A stretch of DNA of 62,963 nucleotides, the filler included, from Octopus bimaculoides (lineage: Eukaryota), in the NCBI RefSeq assembly GCF_001194135.2. It is 4 parts of 4 records of this genome, joined end to end, with 100 filler letters (N's around TTAATTAATTAA, not from the genome) between each part and the next. Parts side by side here need not be neighbours in the genome. Positions count along the whole stretch, not along the records: positions 1 to 18,664 come from NC_068983.1; positions 18,765 to 45,197 come from NC_068986.1; 2 more parts are not named here. The stretch is one strand, 5' to 3'. A program made the position numbers and the translations under genes. Positions within the stretch are counted from its first letter, which is position 1. Each line of letters opens with the position of its first letter. This document shows, piece after piece, positions 12,565-24,473 of the stretch. The notes beneath the pieces are model-generated. The model was not told the DNA's origin and made no database searches. It saw only the letters and a program-made list of their open reading frames with translations.

Positions 12565-12760
12565 TTGGTCACAGGGCCTAAAATTTTGGCAGCAAGGAGC
12601 TTGTCGATTACATCGACCCCTGTGCTCCACTGGTACATAATTTGTCGACTGAAAAGATGAAGAACAAAGTTGACTTCGATGAACATCATCTTTTGAACTC
12701 AGAACGTAAAGGAGAATGAAATGTTGCAAAACATTTTGTCCGGTGTGCTAACAACAATAA
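12565..12760 (-). mobile_element. tRNA-derived SINE (same family), old copy
   Basis: GTCGATTACATCGACCCC...AAAGTTGACTTCG...TTGAACTCAGAACGTAAAG. Confidence 0.75.
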
Positions 12761-14229
12761 CGGTAACAACAACAACGATAATGATGATAATGATGATGAT
12801 CGTTAATAGCACCACTAACAATTTATAATTTGGCACAATATCAGTAATGTGAGCCGTGTATAGTCCATTGTATCAATCTCAGTACTCGTCAGGTACATTA
12901 TCTTACAAACAAGCCACTGAAATTTCTATGATAAAAAAAGGAACAGTGTTACGTTATTTATTTATTTTTTTTTTTTCAGTATATGGTTTCGTTATCTTTT
13001 TGGAACAAGTCCAACAGCAGAATCACTCTTAGTATTTATAGTTTCCCCGGAAACATTAATATTACATTAATATTTTCTCTTTCTAAAATGGGTGCAATTT
13101 GTTGCAATATCTTCTTACCAGATTTTGTGTTTAAATTCTGTGGAATTAAAATTACCTTATATATTTTTTTGTGTTAGTGAGTTCTCTGCATTTTTATATT
13201 GTATGTCTGTTGATAAAATACTAAGAAAAATGTAATCTGTCTAAAATCAAAGCTTTTTACCTCTGGACCGGGCATGAGCAGACATCCAAAAGTTATAATG
13301 TTCCTGTACGAAAATAATTAGACCATATTATTATTCCATGCTGTGTCATATGGTCAGACCTCAGGGCCTTAAAGAGCAATATGAAAAACACGTCTTAATG
13401 TTTTAGCTTCTAATATTAATGATAATAGTTATTGGTGAAAATAGAATGCAAAAAATAGGGTGAGAAACTAAGCGGGGAGGAAAAAAAGAACCTGGAAGAG
13501 AAAGGCATTTATTACTAACACTTTTACTAGTACGTTAGAAATTCAGTAAGTGATGCATTGGGATGGATAGATTAAAACAATCCAGCTTTTCATAGTCAAC
13601 ACCAACAGCTTATTCAAATTTAGTGAGAACACGTTATAAATTATAACTGTTAAAGAATATGACAAAATAAAATGGTCGAGGATAATCCAAATTTACGGCG
13701 AGGTTGCGAAATTAAAAGAAAGACCGCAGAATAGGAAAGTAAGAAAACAACTAGTTGTCATAAAAAAGTTATCGTCCTAATTATTTCTGCCGAATATTGT
13801 CGGCATATTTAAGTGAAAACTTGAATCACTGCAACTGATGGAGAAGTTCTCAATCGTTTAAGCATCTGGATATGATGGTTGTCCAAATATGTGACTAAAG
13901 GTATTATTTGAATCGAACGAACTGTTAAAGTCTTATTGGATCAATACTTTATACTTGCTATCACACGGACGGGATATTTTGATTTCTATTATGGGAAATA
14001 ATTATGAATAGTTTCTTTATGAAATGTTAGTGTGCAAAGATTTTACGCAGATGGTAACGACATCTTAGTGTCTTCTTGCTTTTCGAGGAGCAATAGATAT
14101 TAAATTTTGAAAATACCTGGAGTAACAGCATAAGAAAAAGCTATCGTCAATCCAGAAATATATACACGTTTTGAGATATCTACTGCGACCAAAATGAAAT
14201 AATATCGATTATAATCGTATTAAATTTTG

Positions 14230-14405
14230 GCACTGGAGCAGCAGGTTTTAAGGGTAAGGAAAAATTCAATGAAATCGGCCCCAACACTCCTTTTATGGAC
14301 CCTGAAAAGATGAAAGGCAAAGTCGAAGTCGGAGTAGTTTGAGCTCAGAAAGTAAATACGAACGAAATATCGTTTGTCTAGCGTCCTAACAAATCTGCCA
14401 GCCCA
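14230..14405 (-). mobile_element. tRNA-derived SINE (same family), old copy
   Basis: GATGAAAGGCAAAGTCGA...TTTGAGCTCAGAAAGTAAA...CTAACAAATCTGCCAGC. Confidence 0.7.
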
Positions 14406-14509
14406 TTACCTTAGTAATAGTAATAACAAAGGTTTCAAATTTAGGCACAAGGTCAGCAATATTATTATTATTACTATTATTATTTAAGCTCGCCGTATTA
14501 GCAACGTCA

Positions 14510-14727
14510 CGTGCCTGCCTGGATGACAAGTAGATGAATGCTGCTATTGCTCAAGGATCAATTGAAAAGGAACTTGACATCAAATGTTCGATCTATAGAC
14601 TGTTTACCACTAATATGGGAGCTTATGACCAGTGTCTTGGCGGAAATGTTATACAACCATGTGGAAAGTAACAATCTTCTCCCAGAAGAACAGAAAGGAT
14701 GCGGGAAACAAAGTAGGGCAACAAAAG
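14510..14727 (+). mobile_element. Dong/R4-like RT fragment (N-terminal RT motifs)
   Basis: AWMTSR*MLLLLKD...SNVRSIDCLPLIWELMTSVLAEMLYNHVESNNLLPEEQKGC. Confidence 0.75.
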
Positions 14728-14889
14728 TTCACTCAGAACGGAAAGACGAACGAAATGGTGTTAAGCATTTTATCCGGCGTACTAACGATTTTGCCATTAA
14801 GAATATAGAAATATAGATTTCAAGTTTTGGCACGAGGCCAGCAAGTTCGAGGGTGGGGCTAACAACAACAATAATCCTTTCAACTATTG

Positions 14890-15040
14890 GCAAAAGGCCT
14901 GAAATTTGGGGAAGGAGGATAGTTGATTACATCGACCCAAGTGTTTCACTAGTATTTAATTTATCGACCTCAGAAGGATGAAAGGTAAAGTCGATCCCGG
15001 TGGTATTTGAGTTCAGAATATAAAAACGAACGAAATGCCG
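14890..15040 (-). mobile_element. tRNA-derived SINE (same family), partial
   Basis: GATTACATCGACCC...TTATCGACC...GATGAAAGGTAAAGTCGA...TTTGAGTTCAGAA. Confidence 0.75.
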
Positions 15041-15278
15041 ATTCTTATTTCTTTATTGCCCACAAGGGGCTAAACACAGAGGGGACAAACAAAGACAGAC
15101 AAAGGGATTAAGTCGATTACATCGACCCCAGTGCGTAACTGGTACTTAATTTATCGACCCCGAAAGGATCAAAGGCAAAGTGGACCTCGGCAGAATTTGA
15201 ACTCACAACGTAACAGCAGACAAAATACCGTTAAGCATTTTGCCCGGCGTGCTAACGATTCTGCCAGCTCACCGCCTT
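15041..15278 (-). mobile_element. Young full-length tRNA-derived SINE (Meta/MESC-like core, AAGAAT tail)
   Basis: Minus strand AAGGCGGTGAGCTGGCAGAATCGTTAG (A box)...GAGTTCAAATTC (B box)...CCTTTGATCCTTTCGGGGTCGATAAATTAAGTACCAG...CAATAAAGAAATAAGAAT. The core name is from recalled similarity, not a search. Confidence 0.9.
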
Positions 15279-17468
15279 AAGAATATAGACATAATAACAA
15301 GAAAAATGAGAAGAACTGCAAGAAGTGACATCTCGTGTCTTGCGTGAGACCAACAATAGCCATAACAAATCTAGAGACATTAATCCTGATCGTTGAAAGA
15401 AAATTAAGAGCAATATATAGTTTTTAAAAAATAATAACCAGAATTTCGTACAATATTTCCTTCAGATATCAAAAGACGTGAGAGTTAATCAATGATAGTT
15501 AACGAGTATGTAATTGTTATGACTCTAGGATATTAATTGTGTTCTGCCTACGAACTTCATGTGAAAAAAACTTCACAGAATAGTATGAATTCTTACGCCG
15601 TAGAGGGAGAAAATTCTATTGAACAGATTGCTGTATATTTCTTGTGGCATATAACTTTCAATGACCAAGAGATGTTGCCGTAAATGTCATGAAAGCGATT
15701 GGTTATGGTAGTCACCAATATCATTCACTTTTAAACTAATAATTTAGTTTGTTGTTGAAGTTTGCTGAATATTATATTGATGTGTTTCTTACACGATTAT
15801 GATATATAGTTCAATATAAGTAATTTAACTAGAAACGAGTTGAATGTTGACCGAAATTAAATATTTAGAATGATTTTTTCGTAAACCATTCAGAAATTCT
15901 ATAAAAAATAGACTCCAGTATACGACCGAATTCAACCTTTACTTACACAAACTATTGGAGATATATTTCCACTATAAATAACAGAGTAAAATAAATTCAT
16001 AAAAGATACAGAAAATTCTTGTGAAAGTTATAAAAGTCACAAAACTGAAGTTTACAGTGGGAAAAGGAAGCAAATGTTTATGAAAATTTGCTGCTGTAAA
16101 ATATCCCTAAGCCTCGGTGCATAATAAAACTCAATAAATAAATTGACTAGATGCACATATACTCGTTTGTTCATTGACTTTAGGAAATACATTCTCGGAG
16201 GGACATCTACTGAAATAGTCTTTATGTATCAGAGTAGATGCATAAAACTAAAGTATAACAAAATATTGATTCCAGAGCTGCATTTGCGTATGTTAAGTGA
16301 GAAGATAATATCAATGAGCAAAAGTGATCCCGTTATATATTTATGTGACATATTTCTTATGCATTCTATGCTCCAGAAATCTCCTCTAATATATCTTATG
16401 CAATTTATGAATCGCATTTCTGAAACGAATAAGCTCTGCAGAGATACAACAATCTAAAAAGAAAATCTCAATATTGTTCTTTGATAGACATTTTACAATT
16501 TGCTAGGAAGAAGGGGATGATCTCTATGGATATCGCATTACTAAGAATCGGAAAAGCCATTTTATGAATGAAGAATTAATAGGTAAGTTTGTATAGAATA
16601 ACCTACGTGATACCAGCAAACTGCGAAAGATGCTGGGTTCCCTGCTACGCATACAAATGTACAGTGATAGTCTTTCACGAATGCATGAATTGGTGTAAGA
16701 TGTGTTAGTCCATGGTAGAGCTGGATGAGAACTATGGAGTAAGACCTAGAATATGTGGGTCTGTGGAGTAAGACCTGGAATATATGGTCCCCAAAATAGG
16801 CTCATTGCAGAGCTTGCGACAATATTGTGTGAAGAATTCTCGTCGCTCAGTACTCCGCGAGGAACAAGACGAATTCAAATAAAACAAAGAGAAAATGAAG
16901 CCGTTTTAATAATCTCCATTGTACATTTATGCTTATACACGAGTCTTGTTTCCGAAAGAAGGTATAAATTTGTCAGTGCGAAGATATTTAGATCCTAGGG
17001 AAAATATAATGGAATATTTGTGGAAGTACAAAAGAAGGAGAAATTGAACAGGCAGTGAAAGTTTGGTAGCTATATATCTAGTTTAAGCAGGTGACACTCG
17101 GACACAGAGCATTCAAAATTCTCAAGAAAACGGAAGCGCGTCTACTAATTTCGTGAGTCACTAAGGCGATGGGGCTCGTCTTTTTCAGAGTTAAGCTGTA
17201 TTTTAAAAGACCAATTCCATAAAAAGAATTTATCTCAGAAAAATCCACAGCATCATGTAATAATACGGTGTGAATTCTGATAGTAAGATAAGCAGATGGT
17301 GACTTTATTTAATGCTACTTAAATTGCATCTCTCTCTCTCTCTCTCTCTCTCTTTCTCCCTTTATACATGTAGATACATACATACATACATGAATACATA
17401 CATACATACATACACAGACAGANNNNNNNNNNCATACATGAATACATACATACATACATACACAGACA

Positions 17469-17507
<39 letters not shown>

Positions 17508-17532
17508 ATACACACGCATACATACACACATA

Positions 17533-18406
17533 CAAGGTGCTGTGAATAAACTGTTGTCTAAATTACGCAAAAATGAAAATAACACCGACATCTCATTTTA
17601 ACAGATATATTTACCAGACATACATAAAAATATCTTGAAATACTAAAAAGTAAATTTATTCAATAAAATCGCCATTGGCTTCAGCCATGGCCTCCAGACG
17701 ACTTCGGAATCTCCTGCAACTCTTTTGGATGACATCCTTGTTTAAGTTGGTGAATGCTACCATAATCCTTGCCATCAGTTCGTCATTTGTGTTACAAAGA
17801 GCTATGTTGGTCTCTCACTCAACTGCGTGCGGCCTGGGGAGTTAGGTGGCCAGATGTTAGGGGTGATATGGTCGCAGAAAGTTTCTGACAGCCATGACTG
17901 GGTCCTCCAGTTTGTGTGTCAGGGTGCAGAGTCTTGTGGCCAGACATAGTGTGTTCTAGCAGCCACTCTCTTGAACCAGGGCAGCTCTATATCCTCCAGG
18001 CACTAGATGCAGCCACCGTATTGAGTTTCAGGCCGTGTGAGAAGGTGAATAGGGGCATAACATCACCATCAATAGTGATCACGCGCCAAACACCTTCATG
18101 TTCACTGGATATTTAATCTTTATCATTCTCAGTACAAGTCCTCAGATTGCACAGTCCAGTCCTCAGATTGACACCCACACAACCTGAAATGTTCGTACTG
18201 GAGCTTCCGGTGCGAATGCCAAGCAGTACAGCACGTAGTTTCCAATTTTCTGGCAGAGTGAATTGCGTCATGATGCTGTTTTTGTCACAGACGGTGCCCA
18301 ACAGACTATTACTACATTGTGTAGGCGACGACAAAATAAAAAAGAAACAATGCACATGCGTGAAATTAAACATTTTAAATGGTGACGATGTACTCATCGC
18401 ACCCTG
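17533..18406 (-). mobile_element. Internally deleted maT/mariner (DD37D-like) DNA transposon
   Basis: Imperfect TIRs CAAGGTGCTGTGAATAAA / TACTCATCGCACCCTG with TA on both sides; minus-strand remnants DGDVMPLFTFSHGL, WPQDSAP, IWPPNSP, RFRSRLEAMAEANGDFIE*. Confidence 0.8.
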
Positions 18407-18664
18407 TATATATGCACATACATACGTACATATATCGATACACACACACAACACACACACACATATATTATTTAAAACACTGATTCAGTTCCGTACTGCT
18501 GTAAGCATCGTAGGGCCTTAACGGGAGGCAGAAGTCGGGCCTTCGTAACTTGAAACAGAACAGAACCGAATCAAGCTGTTTTAAATAATGTATGTAAGTT
18601 ACATTAAATGTGTTGAGTGTCTTTTTCTTTCGATTGTCCACTCACTCATATATATATATATATA

Positions 18665-18764
18665 NNNNNNNNNNNNNNNNNNNNNNNNNNNNNNNNNNNN
18701 NNNNNNNNTTAATTAATTAANNNNNNNNNNNNNNNNNNNNNNNNNNNNNNNNNNNNNNNNNNNN
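18665..18764. other. Assembly spacer (44 N + TTAATTAATTAA + 44 N)
   Basis: Identical 100-bp construct also at 45198-45297 and 54806-54905. Confidence 0.9.
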
Positions 18765-19971
18765 ATGCCCAAGTCAAGTGAGAAATGTGCGTAGGGTAAG
18801 TAGATCAAGTCTTGAAGACAGAATGGGAAGAGGATAGAGGAAAGATTCAGGTGGAGAATGGTAGTGGTATATTTTTATGGTCAGTTGATCTGACTGGATA
18901 GAGAGGATGAGTAAAGTGAGGGAAGGAGGAAGGGGGGATGAGGTTAAATGGTTTAGTGAGTAGGAAGGAATGCGCAGAGGTAGTATATAGGTGGTGGGGG
19001 TATGGGTGATAAACCAAGGACAGTAATAAAGGGAGAGAGGAGTTGGGATCGATAGTTAGTAGTATCATATTCTAAAAGATAGCTAAACCTATTTATAGAC
19101 GGTGGAATTGGGATTGAAAGTAACTAAGTATCCTGTATGTGGTGGTGGTGTTATTGTCAAGTAGAGTGTAGAGGAAGTAGATTTGGGAATATATATATAG
19201 TGGTGATAGGATCGAAAAGCAAATAAGTCTATTCAAAAGAAGGTAAAAGATGAATGTTTTTGCCAGGTCGAATAGGTTGCCTATGGAGAGCCGTGCGATT
19301 GTGTTGCGTGATCGTTTGTGCATTTTTGTTTGTGATAAAATTTAAATGTATGGAAAGAGCGGTGATTGCAGTTGCTAAATGCTTCATTATATCGATTAAG
19401 TAGAGTGGGAGAATTGTATTTTAAAATATGGAACGCCTCCATTAGGCAAAGCTTGCAGTTGGAGCGCTGGCCCTGGTATGGAGTTCTAGAATCTAAGATG
19501 GACCATTTTAAAGTATATTGGGTATTTGTGCTTTTGAGGTGATGAATGTGATTGGCTAATGTTGTAGATTTACTGTGTTTGTCGTATCTAAAAGAGTGCA
19601 AATGGGCTGCGTAGCGATGTTTGAAGTTTTTAGTTGCACCTATGTATGTAGCAGTAGAGTTATGTAATAGATTTCTCACGGTGCATTTATATATTACGTT
19701 GTATCTTACGCAATGTGTTTGAAGTGGGCAGATAGTCCCGGGGCGACAGTTACAAATATATGAGGCTTGAGGGTTGCGTCTGTTAGTGGGTGAGTTATTA
19801 CTATTGGAGGATATGTTATTGGGGGATGTGTAAGAATCTAGATCAATCTTAGATTCTGGAACTCCATACCAGGGCCAGCGCTCCAACTTGCAAGCTTTGC
19901 CTAATGGAGGCGTTCCATATTTTAAAATACAATTCTCCCACTCTACTTAATCGATATAATGAAGCATTTAG
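18765..19971 (-). mobile_element. Penelope-like element, 5'-truncated, with inverted terminal duplication
   Basis: GIY-YIG ORF plus ~500 bp 3' region; 19846-19971 is a near-identical inverted copy of 19375-19499; flanked by (TA)n. Confidence 0.85.
19281..19845 (-). CDS. GIY-YIG endonuclease domain of a Penelope-like element (open but 5'-truncated; first ~14 codons of ORF 19281-19886 come from the inverted copy)
   Basis: CNCRPGTICPLQTHC...VIYKCTV...YIGATKNFKHRYAAHLHSFR...STTLANHIH...WSIL...CKLCLME...LLNR. Confidence 0.85.
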
Positions 19972-20300
19972 AAACAGCTGTAAGACTCTATCCATAAAAT
20001 ATATTTCCAACCTACCATTGGTCTCTTTATCTTTTTATATATTTACATATATATATATATATATTAGTCGTCATTGAATTATATAGATTACTCTACAAGT
20101 ATATTTACTGTCAATGATAGCTCTCCTCCGACCGTTATTACACACTCTTACCATTTTCATTTTAATTCTTTCACTCCCAATAACTTTACCATGTTTGCTT
20201 CTCTTGGTTATCTAATTTTACTTCAGCTATTGTCACTTACTCTCTCATTATCGTTTGACAAACTCTTATACCATTTGGGGACAGTATCATTTATTTTTTT

Positions 20301-20458
20301 ATCTTTTACTTGTTTCAGTCATTAGACTGCGACCACTTTTTTGTTAAGCCTAGAACCTATTCTATTGGTTTCTTTTTACCGAATCACTAAGTTACGGGGT
20401 CGTAAACACGCCCACACTGGTTGTCAAGCAGGACAAACACAGACACAAAGACACACAG
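20301..20458 (-). mobile_element. SINE 3' module (CR1-like tail family), partial
   Basis: Reverse complement of the module at 28058-28275 (GCTTGACAACC...CCCGTAACTTAG...CTGAAACAAGTAAAAGA). Confidence 0.75.
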
Positions 20459-20735
20459 ATATATAAGTTAAAATCCCTTAGAGCTGCAAGAAAGCACATT
20501 TTCATATACTAACAGGAGAGATAACCGCCCCGATAAGCGAAGCTAGATCCATTCACAAGGTTGAAAAAGTAACGAAAATTTTAGAAGATAAAATATAAAT
20601 TATAAATGAGTGGAACTCGAACCGGTAAATGTGTTAGATAATAAAGCATTAAGACAATATGAGTCTCCCCAGGAACAACATAATTTGCTTCAACACACAA
20701 ATTCACATAAAGAATCTTGCAAACCAGATGCAAAA

Positions 20736-20798
20736 ATGAAGTAGACTAGACTAGTTTCGCTTGAAAAATTGCAAACTCGTCAGTAGTGACTACTCCAT
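20736..20798 (-). ncRNA. Minimal type I hammerhead ribozyme motif
   Basis: ATGGAGTAG-TC-ACTA CTGACGA GTTTG caattttt CAAGC GAAA CTAG TC/ TAGT CTACTTCAT: full core; stem I 4 bp + 2-nt bulge + 9 bp; stem II 5 bp; palindromic CTAG in place of stem III. Confidence 0.8.
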
Positions 20799-21146
20799 CG
20801 CCGTATAGTTTGACTAAACCCAGCCAGTCAGTATATATATATATTTATCATATAGATTTATAGCTGATTTAGAAAAATGCTAAATGCTAATGTGAAAATT
20901 ATAAAATAATGAAGGCAGCTATACGCAATATAAAACAAAAAGGGAAAAATTCAACTGTCACTAACTGAGACTGAGGGTACTGGGTAGCACCTATATTGCT
21001 AGAAATAAGAGTTAAGATCCCTTAGAGTGGCAAGAAAGCACATTTTCATATTCTGATAGGGGAGATAACCGCCCCATAAGCGAGGCTAGATCACTAGACA
21101 TGCTTTCTTACAGCTCTAAGAGATTTATATATANNNNNNNNNNNNN

Positions 21147-21185
<39 letters not shown>

Positions 21186-21195
21186 ATATATATAT

Positions 21196-21340
21196 ACGAC
21201 GGACTTCTTTCAGTTTCCGTCTACCAAATCCACTCACAAAGCTTTGGTCGGTCCGAAGCTATAGCAGAAGACATTTGCCCAAGGTGCCACGCAGTGACAC
21301 TGAATCTGGACCCACGTGGTTGGGAAGCAGCCTGCGCCTG
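21196..21340 (-). mobile_element. CORE-type tRNA SINE
   Basis: Minus strand ...CACTGCGTGGCACCTTGGGCAAATGTCTTCTGCTATAGC...GTGAGTGGATTTGGTAGACGGAAACTGAAAGAAG then (TA)n. Confidence 0.85.
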
Positions 21341-21469
21341 TATAAAAGATATTAATAATTGCTTTAGTTGGATTACCTTATGGCATTCAAATGCATTAAA
21401 TCATACACATTGTATAGATATAGATTACGTATTGAATTTCTAGGCAAATACCATAAGATTTCATATCTA

Positions 21470-21605
21470 TGTCGCAGAAATGAAACAGAACGTCGGGGAT
21501 AATGCGAGTTCATTCTGAGTTCAGATCCCTCCGGAGTCGACTTTGCTTTTGAACTTCCAGTGCAATAAAGTAAGGTACTGATAGTTGTTATTATCGATTA
21601 ATTCA
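21470..21605 (+). mobile_element. Decayed Meta-like SINE
   Basis: TTCTGAGTTCAGATCC...GTCGACTTTGCTTTT. Confidence 0.55.
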
Positions 21606-21941
21606 TCTTCGAAAATATTTGGCATTGTATCTATGAAGATGATGAGGCGGAGGACGACGACGACGAGGGGGAGGAGGAAGAAGATACCGGTAACACTGTT
21701 ATATTTATAAAAAGTTTAAGCTATCACGTATTAGCCTTAGTATATGTCTTGTACTATTTTATCGACATGTATGTGTACGAACATGAAAGAGAGAGACAAT
21801 ATGCAGTCTCGGGTATGCATGTGCAGGTGTGTTTCTGTATGTCGGTATATGTGCATGTGAGTGTATGTGCATGCGTGTATGTGTGTAAAGAAGGACGGGT
21901 GCGTCAGGTTTATAGAATAGAACCTTTCTCTCTCACTCCCT

Positions 21942-21983
<42 letters not shown>

Positions 21984-22047
21984 NNNNNNNNNNNNNNNNN
22001 NNNNNNNNNNNNNNNNNNNNNNNNNNNNNNNNNNNNNNNNNNNNNNN

Positions 22048-22089
<42 letters not shown>

Positions 22090-22849
22090 TCTTTAACGTA
22101 TTTAGCTTGATACCCACGTTACCGAGTTAGCATTCCGCAAGAAATTACCTTTCAGTTCATGTATGTTCTGGTTTCAGTCCAGTCCAGGCTAAATTTCCAT
22201 TTCTTTTCTCCAGTAGGACAGGAGATGGATGAAATAGGACACATGACAAGGATTTATATCTGTTACTCCTCTCTTTAAACAGTCAGCACTATTTTTGTTA
22301 CGAAATCTGTGTGGGGAATAGGGTTCAATTTTATTTTGGTAGACAAATTTCGAGTCTTCTATTCAAATCATACATACACGTCATGACTGTGTAACTAAGA
22401 AGTTGCGGGTTCGATGCCACTGCAAGGCACATTAGTAATTTATCTTTTGTTTTAACCTCTGCTTGTCCAATAACTTGTTTAATGGAAATTGACGGACAAA
22501 AACTATTTAGAAGCAGACCGCATATTTCTAAATGTTTAAGTTTATGTGTTTATATTTACAGTCTAAAAAATTTAATGATAGTGTGCTTTTGTGACCTATT
22601 ACTATTTCGACTCAACGAGACGACAAACTATATACCATACGGAAATAAATTGTGGGGTCGATATGATCGACTGAAATCTTTGAATGTGATACTATAGCAT
22701 GGCCGCACTCCTTTGACTGGAAGCAGTGAATAAAATAAATACATTTATGTACATACGTGCGCACTGTAAAATACAGACACACACACATACATGTACATAT
22801 TTATTTATCGGAATCTATATTTATGACTATTTATCTATCTATCTATCAA

Positions 22850-22903
<54 letters not shown>

Positions 22904-24437
22904 CGTGTGTGTGTGTGTGTGTGAATCTTGCTCTATAATTAGTTTTCTGTATCTATATTTGTCTATGACACGTGTATGTGTGTGTTTGAGTTTATGAGTG
23001 TGTGTGCGTAAGTGTAATCCTAAAAGAATGTTTTATCTTTTTCACTACTCTTTAGTATCCTTTTACTTTTTCGTTCTATTTTTCTATCTGTTAGATCTTT
23101 TTTTCCCTCCCTTTCAACCAGTTTTAATACGCACGATTGATTTTTCGTTGGTTTTAGTGAAGTATGACGTAGAAAAATCGATAATCGAGTAGTTTCAATC
23201 ATTTCTCCCTCTCTTGCCATCCATCCTCTCATTTTCGCACACACACACACACACACGCACACACACAGGTCACACATGACGCACACACATTCACACAACC
23301 TCATATGCCCCTCTATACGTTGTATTATTATCCCTCTATTATCCACACCCAGATTGTAAACTACGAGAAAATAACAAGGTTTTGCTTGGTTTCCTGGTCA
23401 AATCACACACTTCTGATTGTTAAGCACAATTCTAAATGTTAGTTAAACTGGCTAATTTTCTTTGTCAGGCGATTTTTGGCCGTTCTTGCAGCCCTCTAAA
23501 CTGCCTTGACCAGAAACAACTATAAAAACAACAATACCAACGATGGCACCGACAACAGCAGCACAGTACAGATCCTCTTGTATGCTGTTAAAGTCTTTGT
23601 CCAGCTGTGACAACATTATATCTGTCACGATGAATATGAATAAGAAAGATACATGAGCCCAATCCAATTGACCAAATCGGCTCTTTAATAACTCATATTA
23701 CTAGACCGGTCGTTAGTTGCTGTGATGCCAACGGAGTATGACTGACATTATCTCAGCAAAAGGTTTCATTTCTTCTCTTTTCGTAGCATCGCGAGTGATA
23801 TACATACATACATACATACATACATATGTGTGGATGTATATATATACATTTGTATATATATGTATACGTATATATATATATATATATACATGCATACACA
23901 CACATGTATATATATACATACACATATATCCACATGCACACATATATACATATACATACACATATATCCACATGCACACACACACACATATATATATATA
24001 CGTATGCACGCACACATTAATTCATATACATAAAGCATTATATAACATAATCTATGTAACAATGTATAACGTGTAATAAATACTTAGCACTTGTACAGGT
24101 TGATATATTAATGTGTGGCTGTGTGTCATGCATATATCTGCACACGCGTCTGCGCGCGCGCAGAAACACACTCACACATAATGCATAGATAGACAGAGAA
24201 TAAGAGAGAGAGATGTGTGAACGGATAAAGATATCGAGATATATACATGCAATAATACATGCTTTTTTTTTAGTGTGAAGTGTGTGTCTATATGGGTGGG
24301 TTTATGCGTGTCTGTATGTCTGTGTGTAGCAAAAGGCGATGAATTGACAAAGTTGATACACCGTCAGATAGAATGCTTTGCGTTATTTGTTTCGAATCAG
24401 AGGCCAGACAAAAAGCAATGTAGTATTGTGTAATTAC

Positions 24438-24473
<36 letters not shown>

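Noticed and set aside
13860-13900. SGYDGCPNM resembling the hAT first catalytic-Asp motif
   Set aside because: Flanking translation shows no further hAT motifs and no TIRs were found.
23713-24076. Overlapping Y/I/C/V/H/T-rich ORFs (also at 36.1, 44.2, 49.4 and 54.3 kb)
   Set aside because: Translations of (TA)/(CA)/(TACA) repeats in all frames.
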